Assembly: GCF_036961165.1 (NCBI RefSeq)
Contig: NZ_JBALVJ010000001.1
Location: forward strand, 76,999-140,998
Source of the DNA: Sulfitobacter sp.
GTDB lineage: Bacteria > Pseudomonadota > Alphaproteobacteria > Rhodobacterales > Rhodobacteraceae
Length of the DNA: 64,000 nt
Reading direction: 5' to 3'
Shown here: positions 39,259 to 48,385 of the stretch, piece by piece
How the letters are laid out: each line of letters begins with the position of its first letter
Position numbering within the stretch: the stretch's first letter is position 1
Notes under the pieces: generated by a model
Told to the model about the DNA's origin: nothing
The model's database searches: none
The model's input: the letters and a program-made list of their open reading frames with translations, nothing else
Position numbers and translations under genes: made by a program

Positions 39259-40611
39259 TCAGCTGCTCCGCTGCTGTCTGGCCTTTTTGGCCTTCAAGAT
39301 GTCCATGAGTTTGCGCGCCATGCCCGGTTTCTCTACCTGCGGTGCGCGCGACAACGCGAGCGCGTCCGCTTCCACATCTGAGGTGATGACAGAGCCAGAG
39401 CCCGTCATTGCGCCATTGCCGATGTGCACAGGGGCCACCAGCATGGTGTTGGATCCGATAAAGGCGTTTGCGCCAATATGGGTGTGATGCTTCATCACGC
39501 CGTCATAGTTGCAGGTGATGGTGCCTGCACCTATGTTGGCGCGCGCACCAACATAGGCATCGCCGATATAGCTGAGGTGGTTGATCTTGGCGCCTTCGGC
39601 GACGACGGTGTTTTTGATCTCGACGAAGTTGCCGACGCGGGTGTTCTCTTCCAGCTCTGCACCGGGGCGTAGGCGCGCATAGGGGCCGACCACTGCGCCT
39701 TGTGAGACATGGCAGCCTTCCAGATGGCTGAATGCGCGAATGACCACACCGCTTTCAATTGTAACGCCGGGACCAAAGACAACATTCGGCTCAACCAGTG
39801 TGTCGCGGCCAATGACGGTGTCACGGGCAAGGTACACAGTCTCGGGCGCTTGCAGGGTGACGCCATCCTCCAACAGTGTTGCGCGGGCGCGGGCCTGAAA
39901 CGCGGCTTCGGCCTCGGCCAGTTGCGCGCGGGAGTTGACGCCAAGTGTTTCAGCTTCATCGCAGGTGACGGCGGTGGCGCGCAGCCCTCGTGCGCGGGCC
40001 AGACCGACGATGTCGGTGAGGTAGTATTCACCCGAGGCATTGTTGTTATCGACCGCAGCGATCAAATCAAACAAAAGCGCGCTGTTGCAGGCGATGACAC
40101 CACTGTTGCACAGCGTGATGGCGCGCTCGGCCTCATTGGCGTCTTTGTATTCGATGATACGCTCCAGGGAATTACCCTCAAGGATCAGGCGGCCATAACG
40201 GCCCGGATCAGCGGCCTCAAAGCCCAGAACAACTACGTCAACATTTTGCGCCGCCTCAACCATCCGTTCCAGCGTTTCGGGGGAGACAAAAGGCGTATCG
40301 CCATAAAGCACAATCGCAATACCTTCGAAGCCTGTCAGAGCATTCTTTGCCTGATCAACCGCATGCGCCGTGCCAAGCTGTTCTGACTGGACGACCACGA
40401 TCGCTGTCTCGTCATAGGCGTGTGCCGCTGCCGTGACGGCTTCGGCACCGTGACCTGCAACCACAACTGTGTGCTGGGGTTCTAAAGTGGCACCGGCAGC
40501 CATTGCATGCACCAGCATCGGATCGCCGGCGACAGGATGTAGCACTTTGGGCAATTCCGAATTCATCCGCGTGCCCTTACCGGCAGCAAGTATGATCAGG
40601 CTGGTATTCAT
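39259..40611 (-). CDS. glmU: Bifunctional UDP-GlcNAc pyrophosphorylase / glucosamine-1-phosphate acetyltransferase
   Basis: Motifs LAAGKGTRMNS, GEYYLTD and GAGTITCNYDG, plus hexapeptide repeats. Confidence 0.98.
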   Translation of the reverse strand: MNTSLIILAAGKGTRMNSELPKVLHPVAGDPMLVHAMAAGATLEPQHTVVVAGHGAEAVTAAAHAYDETAIVVVQSEQLGTAHAVDQAKNALTGFEGIAIVLYGDTPFVSPETLERMVEAAQNVDVVVLGFEAADPGRYGRLILEGNSLERIIEYKDANEAERAITLCNSGVIACNSALLFDLIAAVDNNNASGEYYLTDIVGLARARGLRATAVTCDEAETLGVNSRAQLAEAEAAFQARARATLLEDGVTLQAPETVYLARDTVIGRDTLVEPNVVFGPGVTIESGVVIRAFSHLEGCHVSQGAVVGPYARLRPGAELEENTRVGNFVEIKNTVVAEGAKINHLSYIGDAYVGARANIGAGTITCNYDGVMKHHTHIGANAFIGSNTMLVAPVHIGNGAMTGSGSVITSDVEADALALSRAPQVEKPGMARKLMDILKAKKARQQRSS

Positions 40612-40755
40612 CTGGTTTCCGTTCTGCTCTTTAGTTTTTTCCTGTTTACCCTACGTGGTGCTCCGCGCAAGGTCGGTCTGGATCACTTCGCGTTGCGGCT
40701 TGCAACAAGATCGGGTGCGAAGTAGGCGGATTATTGCAGGGTTCAGGGGGTAGCA

Positions 40756-41427
40756 ATGAAGACAGTGGTATTTGATCTGGATGGAACGCTGGCTGATACC
40801 AGCGGTGATCTTATCGCGGCGGCCAACGCGTGTTTTCGGGATATGGGCGCAGGGGACCTTCTGGATCCCTCAAAGGATGCAGGCACTGCGCTGCGCGGCG
40901 GGCGCGCGATGCTCAAGCTGGGCATGGACCGCATGGGGCGTCCGAAAGATGACCCGCTGATTGATCAATACTACGGTGAGCTATTGACGCATTACGCACG
41001 CGACATCGACACGCATACACGTCTTTACGATGGAGCGATGGACGCGGTGGAAGAACTTAAGTCCCGCGGCTATATCGTGGCGATCTGCACCAACAAGCCA
41101 GAAGGCCTTGCACGTGAACTGCTGACGCGGCTGGGTGTGCTGAACAGTTTTGCCGCGCTGCTGGGTGCAGATAGCCTTCCTGTGCGCAAGCCAGACCCAG
41201 AGCATCTGTTCGAGACCGCGCGCCGTGCAGGCGGTGATCCCGCGCGCTGCGTTCTGGTGGGCGATAGTGACACTGACCGCAACACATCCCGAAACGCAGG
41301 CGTGCCATCAATCCTTGTGACCTTTGGGCCTTCAGGGGATGATATGGAGGCCCTGTTGCCAGAGGCTCTTTTGCACAGCTATAGCGATCTGCCATACATT
41401 GTGGAGCAGATGTTGGGAAAGGTCTGA
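40756..41427 (+). CDS. gph: HAD-IA hydrolase, phosphoglycolate phosphatase-like
   Basis: Motifs FDLDGTL, CTNKP, KPDP and VGDS. Confidence 0.7.
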   Translation: MKTVVFDLDGTLADTSGDLIAAANACFRDMGAGDLLDPSKDAGTALRGGRAMLKLGMDRMGRPKDDPLIDQYYGELLTHYARDIDTHTRLYDGAMDAVEELKSRGYIVAICTNKPEGLARELLTRLGVLNSFAALLGADSLPVRKPDPEHLFETARRAGGDPARCVLVGDSDTDRNTSRNAGVPSILVTFGPSGDDMEALLPEALLHSYSDLPYIVEQMLGKV

Positions 41428-41430
41428 GCG

Positions 41431-42627
41431 ATGGACGAGGTTTTCAAAGGCAGCTTTACCCAGCAAGAGCCAATTCCCGAAGCGGGCATTGAAGCAGCTG
41501 TCACCGTGATGCGGCACGGACGTTTGCATCGCTATAATACTGCCGGTGAAGAGATTGCCGAAACCGTGCTGTTGGAGCAGGAGTTCGCCGTCTATGTGGG
41601 CGCGAAATATTGCCTTGCGGTGGCGTCGGGTGGGTATGCCATGGCCACAGCTTTGCGTGCGGTTGGTGTCAAACCCACGGACCGTGTGCTGACGAATGCG
41701 TTCACTCTTGCGCCCGTGCCGGGGGCTATTGCTGCCGTGGGGGCAGTACCGGTTTTTGTCGGCGTGACCCGCTCACTGGTGCTGGACCTTGAGGATTTAG
41801 GGGCCAAAGCCGATCAGAGCAGCGTGCTGCTGCTGAGCCATATGCGCGGCCATCTGTGCGAAATGGAGCGCCTGATGGAAATCTGCGATAGCGCAGGCAT
41901 TACGGTGATCGAAGACTGCGCGCATACTATGGGCGCGGCATGGAACGGGAAGCCTTCGGGCACATGGGGCAAGGTCGGATGCTATTCCTGCCAGACCTAT
42001 AAGCATATGAATGCGGGTGAGGGCGGATTGTTCGTTACGGACGATCCAGAAGTGGCTGCCCGCGCGATTATGTATTCTGGCAGCTATATGCTGTATGAAC
42101 GCCATCTGGCGGGGCCGCCGAAAGAGACGTTCGAAACGATCCGCTATGAAACGCCCAATATCTCTGGCAGAATGGACAACTTACGCGCAGCTATTTTGCG
42201 TCCGCAGTTGGCCGATCTGGCCACTCAATGTGCGCGTTGGAACAAACGATACCGGGCGCTCGAAACAGGTTTGACTGGTACCGCTGGCCTGACGACAATT
42301 GACCGCCCCGAGGAAGAGACGTTTGTTGGCTCGTCGATCCAGTTTTTGTTGGAGGGCTGGGACGCTGCCGACGTTCAGGACCTTTTAGCGCGCTCTGCGG
42401 CACGGGGTGTGGAGTTGAAGTGGTTCGGAAATGCGGAGCCGGTGGGCTTTACCAGTCGGTATGATAGCTGGCGCTATGTAGAGGCCCCGGAAATGCCGGA
42501 AAGTGATGAAGTGCTGGCGGGCATTATCGACATGCGCGTGCCGCTGACCTTTAGCCTTGAGGATTGCGCACTGATTGCTCGCATAATTCGCGAAGAAGTC
42601 GGGCGGATCTATCAATCCGCAGCTTGA
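41431..42627 (+). CDS. DegT/DnrJ/EryC1/StrS family PLP-dependent aminotransferase
   Basis: Motifs EDCAH and SCQTYKHMNAGEGG (PLP lysine). Confidence 0.88.
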   Translation: MDEVFKGSFTQQEPIPEAGIEAAVTVMRHGRLHRYNTAGEEIAETVLLEQEFAVYVGAKYCLAVASGGYAMATALRAVGVKPTDRVLTNAFTLAPVPGAIAAVGAVPVFVGVTRSLVLDLEDLGAKADQSSVLLLSHMRGHLCEMERLMEICDSAGITVIEDCAHTMGAAWNGKPSGTWGKVGCYSCQTYKHMNAGEGGLFVTDDPEVAARAIMYSGSYMLYERHLAGPPKETFETIRYETPNISGRMDNLRAAILRPQLADLATQCARWNKRYRALETGLTGTAGLTTIDRPEEETFVGSSIQFLLEGWDAADVQDLLARSAARGVELKWFGNAEPVGFTSRYDSWRYVEAPEMPESDEVLAGIIDMRVPLTFSLEDCALIARIIREEVGRIYQSAA

Positions 42628-42707
42628 CCTGCCGGAGCGCTTGCGCGCACAATCTTGTTTTGTCGCGCGCGCAGGGCTGTAGCGGTCAGCAATCATACTG
42701 AGCGATC

Positions 42708-43175
42708 TTAGAACCGCAGGGTGCCATGTTCGCCCACGTCCGGTTTGCTTCCGCCGAGGTTTGCCTTTGCAATCTCGTGGAAAAACGACAATTTACCTCC
42801 TGTGCTCCATACTTCGGCTTCGGTCAGGTCCAAGCGGATAAGCTCGACATCGTAGTCTTGCTTGCCATCCTCGAACCATGCTGCGGCAAAGACTGACCAA
42901 AGGTCGTCAAGTTTTGCTCGATCGATAACACTGCGCAGAGTTCCGTCGATGCGGGTATAGAGTTGGGCGTCATAGTCGCAGACGATGTACTGCGCTGATG
43001 CGCCACCTGCAGCGGCTATGCCCAGATTGGTGCCTTTGGCGGTGATGAACCACAGCGCGCGGTGTTCTGCGTCAACATAGTGGGTCATGGGTGCGGCGGG
43101 CGCGGTGTCAGTGCCCAGCATGCCGGTGCGGGAATCGCTGAGGCGATTCCAGAAGGTTTCGTTTAGGTCTGCCAT
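42708..43175 (-). CDS. General stress protein, pyridoxamine oxidase-like (YdaG-type) family
   Basis: Motifs GMLG...PMT, LWFIT, LDDLWS and AAAWF; start MADLNETFW behind an AGGAG ribosome-binding site. Confidence 0.8.
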   Translation of the reverse strand: MADLNETFWNRLSDSRTGMLGTDTAPAAPMTHYVDAEHRALWFITAKGTNLGIAAAGGASAQYIVCDYDAQLYTRIDGTLRSVIDRAKLDDLWSVFAAAWFEDGKQDYDVELIRLDLTEAEVWSTGGKLSFFHEIAKANLGGSKPDVGEHGTLRF

Positions 43176-43217
43176 GGGAGGCTCCTTTTCATAACTACTT
43201 GATCGTATTGATGCCTC

Positions 43218-43243
43218 AACCCGCCTGAAGGCAGGCAAGTTCC
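43218..43243 (-). promoter_or_regulatory. EcfG-type promoter for the general stress protein
   Basis: Minus strand reads GGAAC-N17-GGTT, about 42 nt upstream of the ATG at 43175. Confidence 0.65.
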
Positions 43244-43277
43244 AAAGCTTGACGCATGGTTTGTGTTCTGTCAGTAA

Positions 43278-43291
43278 TGAACAAGCGTTCA
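43278..43291. promoter_or_regulatory. Candidate repressor operator for the liu operon
   Basis: TGAAC-aagc-GTTCA palindrome just downstream of a putative promoter whose -35 is TTGACG (43249-43254). Confidence 0.45.
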
Positions 43292-43318
43292 ATAAATCCG
43301 GATCGAGGGAGAAGTTCC

Positions 43319-44482
43319 ATGTTCAACGCCACCATGCAGTTTGATTTAGGCGAAGACGTCAACGCCTTGCGCGAGACGGTGCACCGTTGGGCGCAGGAGC
43401 GGGTACGGCCGATGGCGAAAAGCATCGACGCCGACAATATGTTCCCTGCCGACCTGTGGCAGGAGATGGGTAGTCTTGGCCTTTTGGGCATGACTGTAGA
43501 CGAGAAGTGGGGCGGCACCGGTATGGGCTACCTTGCGCATACTGTCGCGGTAGAGGAAGTAGCGCGCGCGAGTGCCTCTGTCTCTTTGTCATACGGCGCG
43601 CACTCAAACCTTTGTGTGAACCAGATCAGCCTCAACGGCACGGACGAACAACGGGCAAAATATCTGCCCAAGTTGTGCTCGGGCGAGCATGTCGGTGCGC
43701 TGGCGATGTCAGAGACAGGCGCTGGGTCGGATGTAGTTTCGATGAAGCTGAGCGCGGAAAAGCGCAACGATCACTACCGCCTGAGTGGCAGCAAATACTG
43801 GATCACCAACGGCTGTGACGCCGAAACGCTGGTGGTCTATGCCAAAACAGACAAGGACGCAGGCTCCAAAGGGATCACGGCATTCTTGATTGAGAAGAGC
43901 ATGAAAGGTTTCACCACCAGCCAGCATTTCGACAAGCTGGGCATGCGCGGCTCAAACACTGCCGAGTTGATCTTTGACGATTGCGAAGTCCCGTTCGAGA
44001 ATGTTCTAGGCGAGGAAGGCAGAGGCGTCCGCGTCCTGATGTCCGGCCTTGATTACGAACGTGTGGTTCTTGCGGGTATTGGTTTGGGCCTGATGGCCGC
44101 CTGTTTGGATGAAATCATGCCCTACATGGCCGAGCGTAAGCAATTCGGCCAGCCGGTCGGTAGCTTCCAGCTGATGCAGGGCAAGATGGCGGATATGTAT
44201 ACTGCCATGAACTCGGCCCGCGCTTATGTCTATGAGGTTGCCAAGTCTTGCGATCGTGGCGAAGTGACACGCGCAGATGCCGCGGCTTGCTGTCTCTATG
44301 CGTCCGAGCAGGCGATGGTGCAGGCGCATCAGGCGGTTCAAGCGATGGGCGGGGCGGGCTATCTTTCCGACAATCCAGTGGCGCGCATCTTCCGCGATGC
44401 CAAGCTGATGGAGATTGGCGCTGGCACGTCGGAAATCCGGCGCATGCTGGTGGGTCGCGAGATGATGGCAGCAATGTCATGA
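43319..44482 (+). CDS. ivd: Isovaleryl-CoA dehydrogenase
   Basis: Motifs SYGAHSNLC, ALAMSE...GSDV, KYWITNG, KLGMRGSNT and EIGAGTSEIRR. Confidence 0.95.
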   Translation: MFNATMQFDLGEDVNALRETVHRWAQERVRPMAKSIDADNMFPADLWQEMGSLGLLGMTVDEKWGGTGMGYLAHTVAVEEVARASASVSLSYGAHSNLCVNQISLNGTDEQRAKYLPKLCSGEHVGALAMSETGAGSDVVSMKLSAEKRNDHYRLSGSKYWITNGCDAETLVVYAKTDKDAGSKGITAFLIEKSMKGFTTSQHFDKLGMRGSNTAELIFDDCEVPFENVLGEEGRGVRVLMSGLDYERVVLAGIGLGLMAACLDEIMPYMAERKQFGQPVGSFQLMQGKMADMYTAMNSARAYVYEVAKSCDRGEVTRADAAACCLYASEQAMVQAHQAVQAMGGAGYLSDNPVARIFRDAKLMEIGAGTSEIRRMLVGREMMAAMS

Positions 44483-45999
44483 TGCAGGCGCTGCCGGGTC
44501 TGGATGGAGAGGGGCGCTGGGACATTCCGGCGCGCCTCAACATGGCGCGGCAATGTCTGACTGGCGATCCTGATGCGCTGGCGGTGATTGATCTGACGGG
44601 ACCCATGCGCCGCGATGTAAGCGTCGCAGCGTTGAGCAAAATGGTTGACGGCATTGCCCGTGCGCTTTTGGCGCGCGTGCAGCCCGGCGACAGCGTTGGC
44701 GTTTTGCTCAGCCAAAGCCCGTGGTGCGTGGCGGCTCACCTTGCGATCTGGAAAATAGGTGCGATTTCAGTGCCTTTGTTCAAGCTCTTCAAGCATGATG
44801 CTCTGGCCTCACGGGTGGGTGACAGCGGCGCTGAGATTGTGCTGACGGATGCTGAAGGGGCCGATTTGTTGGGGCAATTGGCAGAGCCTTGGCTAGCCGA
44901 AGAGATCGGCGTGGCAGGCGCTCCAATGCCTTTCGCAAATACGGGTCCAGAAGATCCGGCAGTGCTGATCTATACATCGGGCACTACAGGGACACCCAAG
45001 GGTGCATTGCATGCTCACCGCGTGTTGACCGGCCATCTGCCCGGTGTGGCGATGAGCCATGATTTTCTGGGCCAAGAGGGGGACTGCCTTTGGACGCCAG
45101 CAGATTGGGCGTGGATTGGCGGATTGTTCGATGTGGCAATGCCTGCGCTGGCGCTGGGCGTTCCTGTGGTCGCCGCGCGGATGGCAAAGTTCGATGTGGA
45201 AGAATGCCAGCGCATCATTGCCAAAGGGGCTGTGCGCAACGTATTCTTCCCGCCCACCGCGTTGCGGATGCTCAAGGCGCAAGGCGCAACGATTGACGGA
45301 TTACGCTCGGTGGCAAGCGGGGGAGAGCCGCTGGGCGCGCAGATGCTAGCGTGGGGTCGCGAAGCGCTGGGCGTGCAGATCAACGAGTTTTACGGCCAGA
45401 CCGAATGCAACATGGTCGCCAGCAGCTGTGGCGCGGCGTTTGCTGCGCGGGGCGGCTGCATTGGCCAGCCGGTGACAGGATTTGAAATCGTTGTGCTTGA
45501 CGGTGATGCGCCGACGGACGGCGAGGGCGACATCGCGGTGCGCAAGGGTGCTGCGTCTATGATGCTTGGCTATTGGCAAAGACCGGAAGAGACGGCTGCG
45601 AAGTTTCGCGGTGATTGGATGCTCACAGGGGATCGTGGCATCTGGGAAATCGGTTTTCTGCGGTTTGTCGGACGGGAGGATGATGTGATCACCTCCAGCG
45701 GTTACCGCATTGGTCCCTCAGAGATCGAGGATTGTCTGCTGACCCACCCTGCGGTCGCAACTGTCGGTGTGGTCGGCAAGCCGGATGCGCTGCGCACCGA
45801 AGTGGTGAAAGCTTACGTGGTCGTGAAGCAAGGCGCTGAAACAAGCGCCGCTGAGCTTCAGTCATGGGTTAAGGAGCGGCTGGCAAGCTATTCTTATCCC
45901 AGAGAAATCGAATTTCTAGACGCTCTGCCAATGACGGTGACTGGCAAGGTTATCCGTCGCGAGCTCAAGCATCGTGCAATGATGGAGGGCGCACCGTGA
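44479..45999 (+). CDS. AMP-binding short-chain acyl-CoA synthetase
   Basis: Motifs YTSGTTGTPKG, EFYGQTE, TGD and PMTVTGKVIR; ATGA overlap with ivd. Confidence 0.88.
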   Translation: MMQALPGLDGEGRWDIPARLNMARQCLTGDPDALAVIDLTGPMRRDVSVAALSKMVDGIARALLARVQPGDSVGVLLSQSPWCVAAHLAIWKIGAISVPLFKLFKHDALASRVGDSGAEIVLTDAEGADLLGQLAEPWLAEEIGVAGAPMPFANTGPEDPAVLIYTSGTTGTPKGALHAHRVLTGHLPGVAMSHDFLGQEGDCLWTPADWAWIGGLFDVAMPALALGVPVVAARMAKFDVEECQRIIAKGAVRNVFFPPTALRMLKAQGATIDGLRSVASGGEPLGAQMLAWGREALGVQINEFYGQTECNMVASSCGAAFAARGGCIGQPVTGFEIVVLDGDAPTDGEGDIAVRKGAASMMLGYWQRPEETAAKFRGDWMLTGDRGIWEIGFLRFVGREDDVITSSGYRIGPSEIEDCLLTHPAVATVGVVGKPDALRTEVVKAYVVVKQGAETSAAELQSWVKERLASYSYPREIEFLDALPMTVTGKVIRRELKHRAMMEGAP

Positions 46000-46028
46000 T
46001 GCGACCTCCTGCAGCGTTAAAACACTCC

Positions 46029-46625
46029 TCAGAACTTGATGACGTAGGCCAGGTTCAGAGTGTAGGGATCAATCTCGGCGGTGCCGATGTCAGCGCCATC
46101 AAGGGTGGCTTTGGCGTCGATATCCATCCAGCGCAGGTTGGCACGCAGGGCCGAACCATTCGCCAGCTGGTAGTCCATGCCCACTTGAACAGCCAGACCG
46201 AAGCCGTCCTCCAGTTCAAGCGTGCCAAGCGGAGATGCCTCTTGGAAGAACGCGGTGTATTGGAAACCGGCACCGACGTAGGGCTTGAACGCACTGTTGG
46301 TCGGGAAGTGATAGTTGAGCGAGACAGTGGGCGGCAGGTGCTTGGTCGTTCCGGCGAACCCGATGCCCTTGATGTGGATGTCATGCTCGAACGGGGTGGC
46401 AGCAAGCAGCTCAAGACCCAAATTGTCGCGCAGGAAATATTCCGCTGTGATGGTCGGACGAATGTCGTTGCCGATGTTGGCTTCACCGCCAGCCAGCATG
46501 CCGTTGCCGGACTTTGGCATGACAGAGGCAATACCCAGACCAAGGTTGAAATCCCCTCGCGATTGTGCGGAGGCGGAGGTCGCGGCGGCAGCGGCGATCA
46601 CGAGTGCGATGAGTGTGTTTTTCAT
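46029..46625 (-). CDS. ompW: OmpW family outer-membrane beta-barrel protein
   Basis: Signal peptide, motifs GLELLAATPFEH, LPPTVSLNYHF and KPYVGAG, C-terminal Phe. Confidence 0.9.
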   Translation of the reverse strand: MKNTLIALVIAAAAATSASAQSRGDFNLGLGIASVMPKSGNGMLAGGEANIGNDIRPTITAEYFLRDNLGLELLAATPFEHDIHIKGIGFAGTTKHLPPTVSLNYHFPTNSAFKPYVGAGFQYTAFFQEASPLGTLELEDGFGLAVQVGMDYQLANGSALRANLRWMDIDAKATLDGADIGTAEIDPYTLNLAYVIKF

Positions 46626-46683
46626 GATTCTATTCCCAATCTTATTAATACGCCTGTTTTGCGCCGCGTTGCAGAACTCCACT

Positions 46684-46697
46684 ATGATTCAGATCAA
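46684..46697 (-). promoter_or_regulatory. FNR/FnrL-type box upstream of ompW
   Basis: Minus strand TTGAT-ctga-ATCAT, one mismatch from TTGAT-N4-ATCAA, about 60 nt upstream of the ompW start. Confidence 0.6.
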
Positions 46698-46770
46698 AGT
46701 TTCATGCGCTTTTGCGTGAAAATACAGACACTTACTTACTATTCTGCAATTGCAGCATGAAAGGACGGCC

Positions 46771-48375
46771 ATGAAACTGATATCCCAGGCATTGCCCTCA
46801 TCGGACGCATTCAAATCCAACACTTCCGCCCATCTTGAGGCGCTGGCACAGGTGCGCGAAGCAGCGCAGGCGGCTGCCCTTGGTGGCGGAGAGAAATCGC
46901 GTGATCGGCACCTGAGCCGTGGCAAGATGCTGCCGCGCGAACGTGTGGCGAACCTGCTTGATCCCGGCAGCCCGTTTCTGGAAGTGGGAGCGGTTGCGGC
47001 CCATGGTCTGTATGGTGGCGCGGCGCCTTGCGCGGGCGTGATCGCGGGGATTGGCACGGTGAATGGCCATGAGGTGATGGTGATTTGCAATGATGCCACC
47101 GTGAAGGGCGGCACCTACTACCCGATGACGGTAAAGAAACACCTGCGTGCACAGGAAATTGCCGAAGAGAACAACCTGCCCTGTGTCTATCTAGTGGACA
47201 GCGGTGGCGCGAACCTGCCCAATCAGGATGAGGTTTTCCCCGACCGCGACCACTTTGGCCGGATTTTCTATAACCAAGCGCGGATGAGCGCGAAGGGCAT
47301 CCCGCAGATCGCTGTGGTCATGGGATCGTGCACGGCGGGCGGAGCCTACGTGCCCGCGATGTCGGATGTGACGATCATCGTGAAAGAGCAGGGCACGATC
47401 TTCCTTGCCGGTCCGCCCTTGGTAAAGGCCGCAACGGGGGAGGTTGTTAGTTCTGAGGATCTGGGCGGCGGCGATGTTCATACGCGCCTGTCCGGTGTGG
47501 CTGATTATCTGGCTGAGGATGACGCCCATGCGCTGAGCCTTGCGCGGCGTGCAGTTGGCTATCTGAACCGCGCCAAACCAAGCACTGTACAGTGGGAAAG
47601 CGTAGAAGAGCCGGCCTATGACCCGGCCGAAATCCTTGGCGTGGTACCCGGCGATCTGCGTACGCCCTACGACATCCGCGAGGTGATTGCCCGCACGGTA
47701 GACGGCAGCCGCTTTGACGAATTCAAGTCGCGCTTTGGCGAAACACTGGTGACAGGATTTGCCCATCTGAAAGGCTGTCCCATCGGGATCGTTGCCAACA
47801 ATGGCGTCCTGTTTTCCGAGGCCGCACAAAAGGGTGCGCATTTCGTCGAGCTGTGCTCGCAGCGCGGTATCCCGCTGGTCTTCTTGCAAAACATCACCGG
47901 TTTCATGGTCGGCCGCAAATATGAAAACGAGGGCATCGCGCGTCATGGCGCCAAGATGGTGACAGCCGTGGCCTGTACCAATGTGCCAAAGATCACTATG
48001 CTGGTGGGCGGCTCTTTCGGGGCTGGCAATTATGGTATGGCGGGCCGTGCCTATAGCCCGCGTTTCCTGTGGACTTGGCCGAATTCACGCATCTCTGTCA
48101 TGGGCGGCGCACAGGCGGCAGGCGTTTTGGCCACGGTCAAGCGCGACGCCATCGAGCGGCAGGGCGGAAGCTGGTCCGCCGAGGAAGAAGCGGCCTTCAA
48201 ACAACCCACCGTGGACATGTTTGAAGAACAGTCTCACCCGCTCTATGCCTCTGCACGGCTTTGGGATGACGGGATTATTGACCCACGTAAAACCCGCGAC
48301 ACGTTATTTTTGAGCCTGTCCGCCAGCCTAAATGCACCCATCGAGCAGACGAAGTTCGGCGTGTTCCGGATGTGA
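46771..48375 (+). CDS. liuB: 3-methylcrotonyl-CoA carboxylase, carboxyltransferase (beta) subunit
   Basis: Motifs [25 protein letters not shown] and SFGAGNYGM. Confidence 0.93.
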   Translation: MKLISQALPSSDAFKSNTSAHLEALAQVREAAQAAALGGGEKSRDRHLSRGKMLPRERVANLLDPGSPFLEVGAVAAHGLYGGAAPCAGVIAGIGTVNGHEVMVICNDATVKGGTYYPMTVKKHLRAQEIAEENNLPCVYLVDSGGANLPNQDEVFPDRDHFGRIFYNQARMSAKGIPQIAVVMGSCTAGGAYVPAMSDVTIIVKEQGTIFLAGPPLVKAATGEVVSSEDLGGGDVHTRLSGVADYLAEDDAHALSLARRAVGYLNRAKPSTVQWESVEEPAYDPAEILGVVPGDLRTPYDIREVIARTVDGSRFDEFKSRFGETLVTGFAHLKGCPIGIVANNGVLFSEAAQKGAHFVELCSQRGIPLVFLQNITGFMVGRKYENEGIARHGAKMVTAVACTNVPKITMLVGGSFGAGNYGMAGRAYSPRFLWTWPNSRISVMGGAQAAGVLATVKRDAIERQGGSWSAEEEAAFKQPTVDMFEEQSHPLYASARLWDDGIIDPRKTRDTLFLSLSASLNAPIEQTKFGVFRM

Positions 48376-48385
48376 GGAGGATAAA

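Noticed and set aside
43279-43290. GAAC-N4-GTTC resembles the Firmicute LexA (Cheo) box
   Set aside because: Alphaproteobacterial LexA binds GTTC-N7-GTTC direct repeats and ivd is not an SOS gene; kept only as a generic operator candidate.
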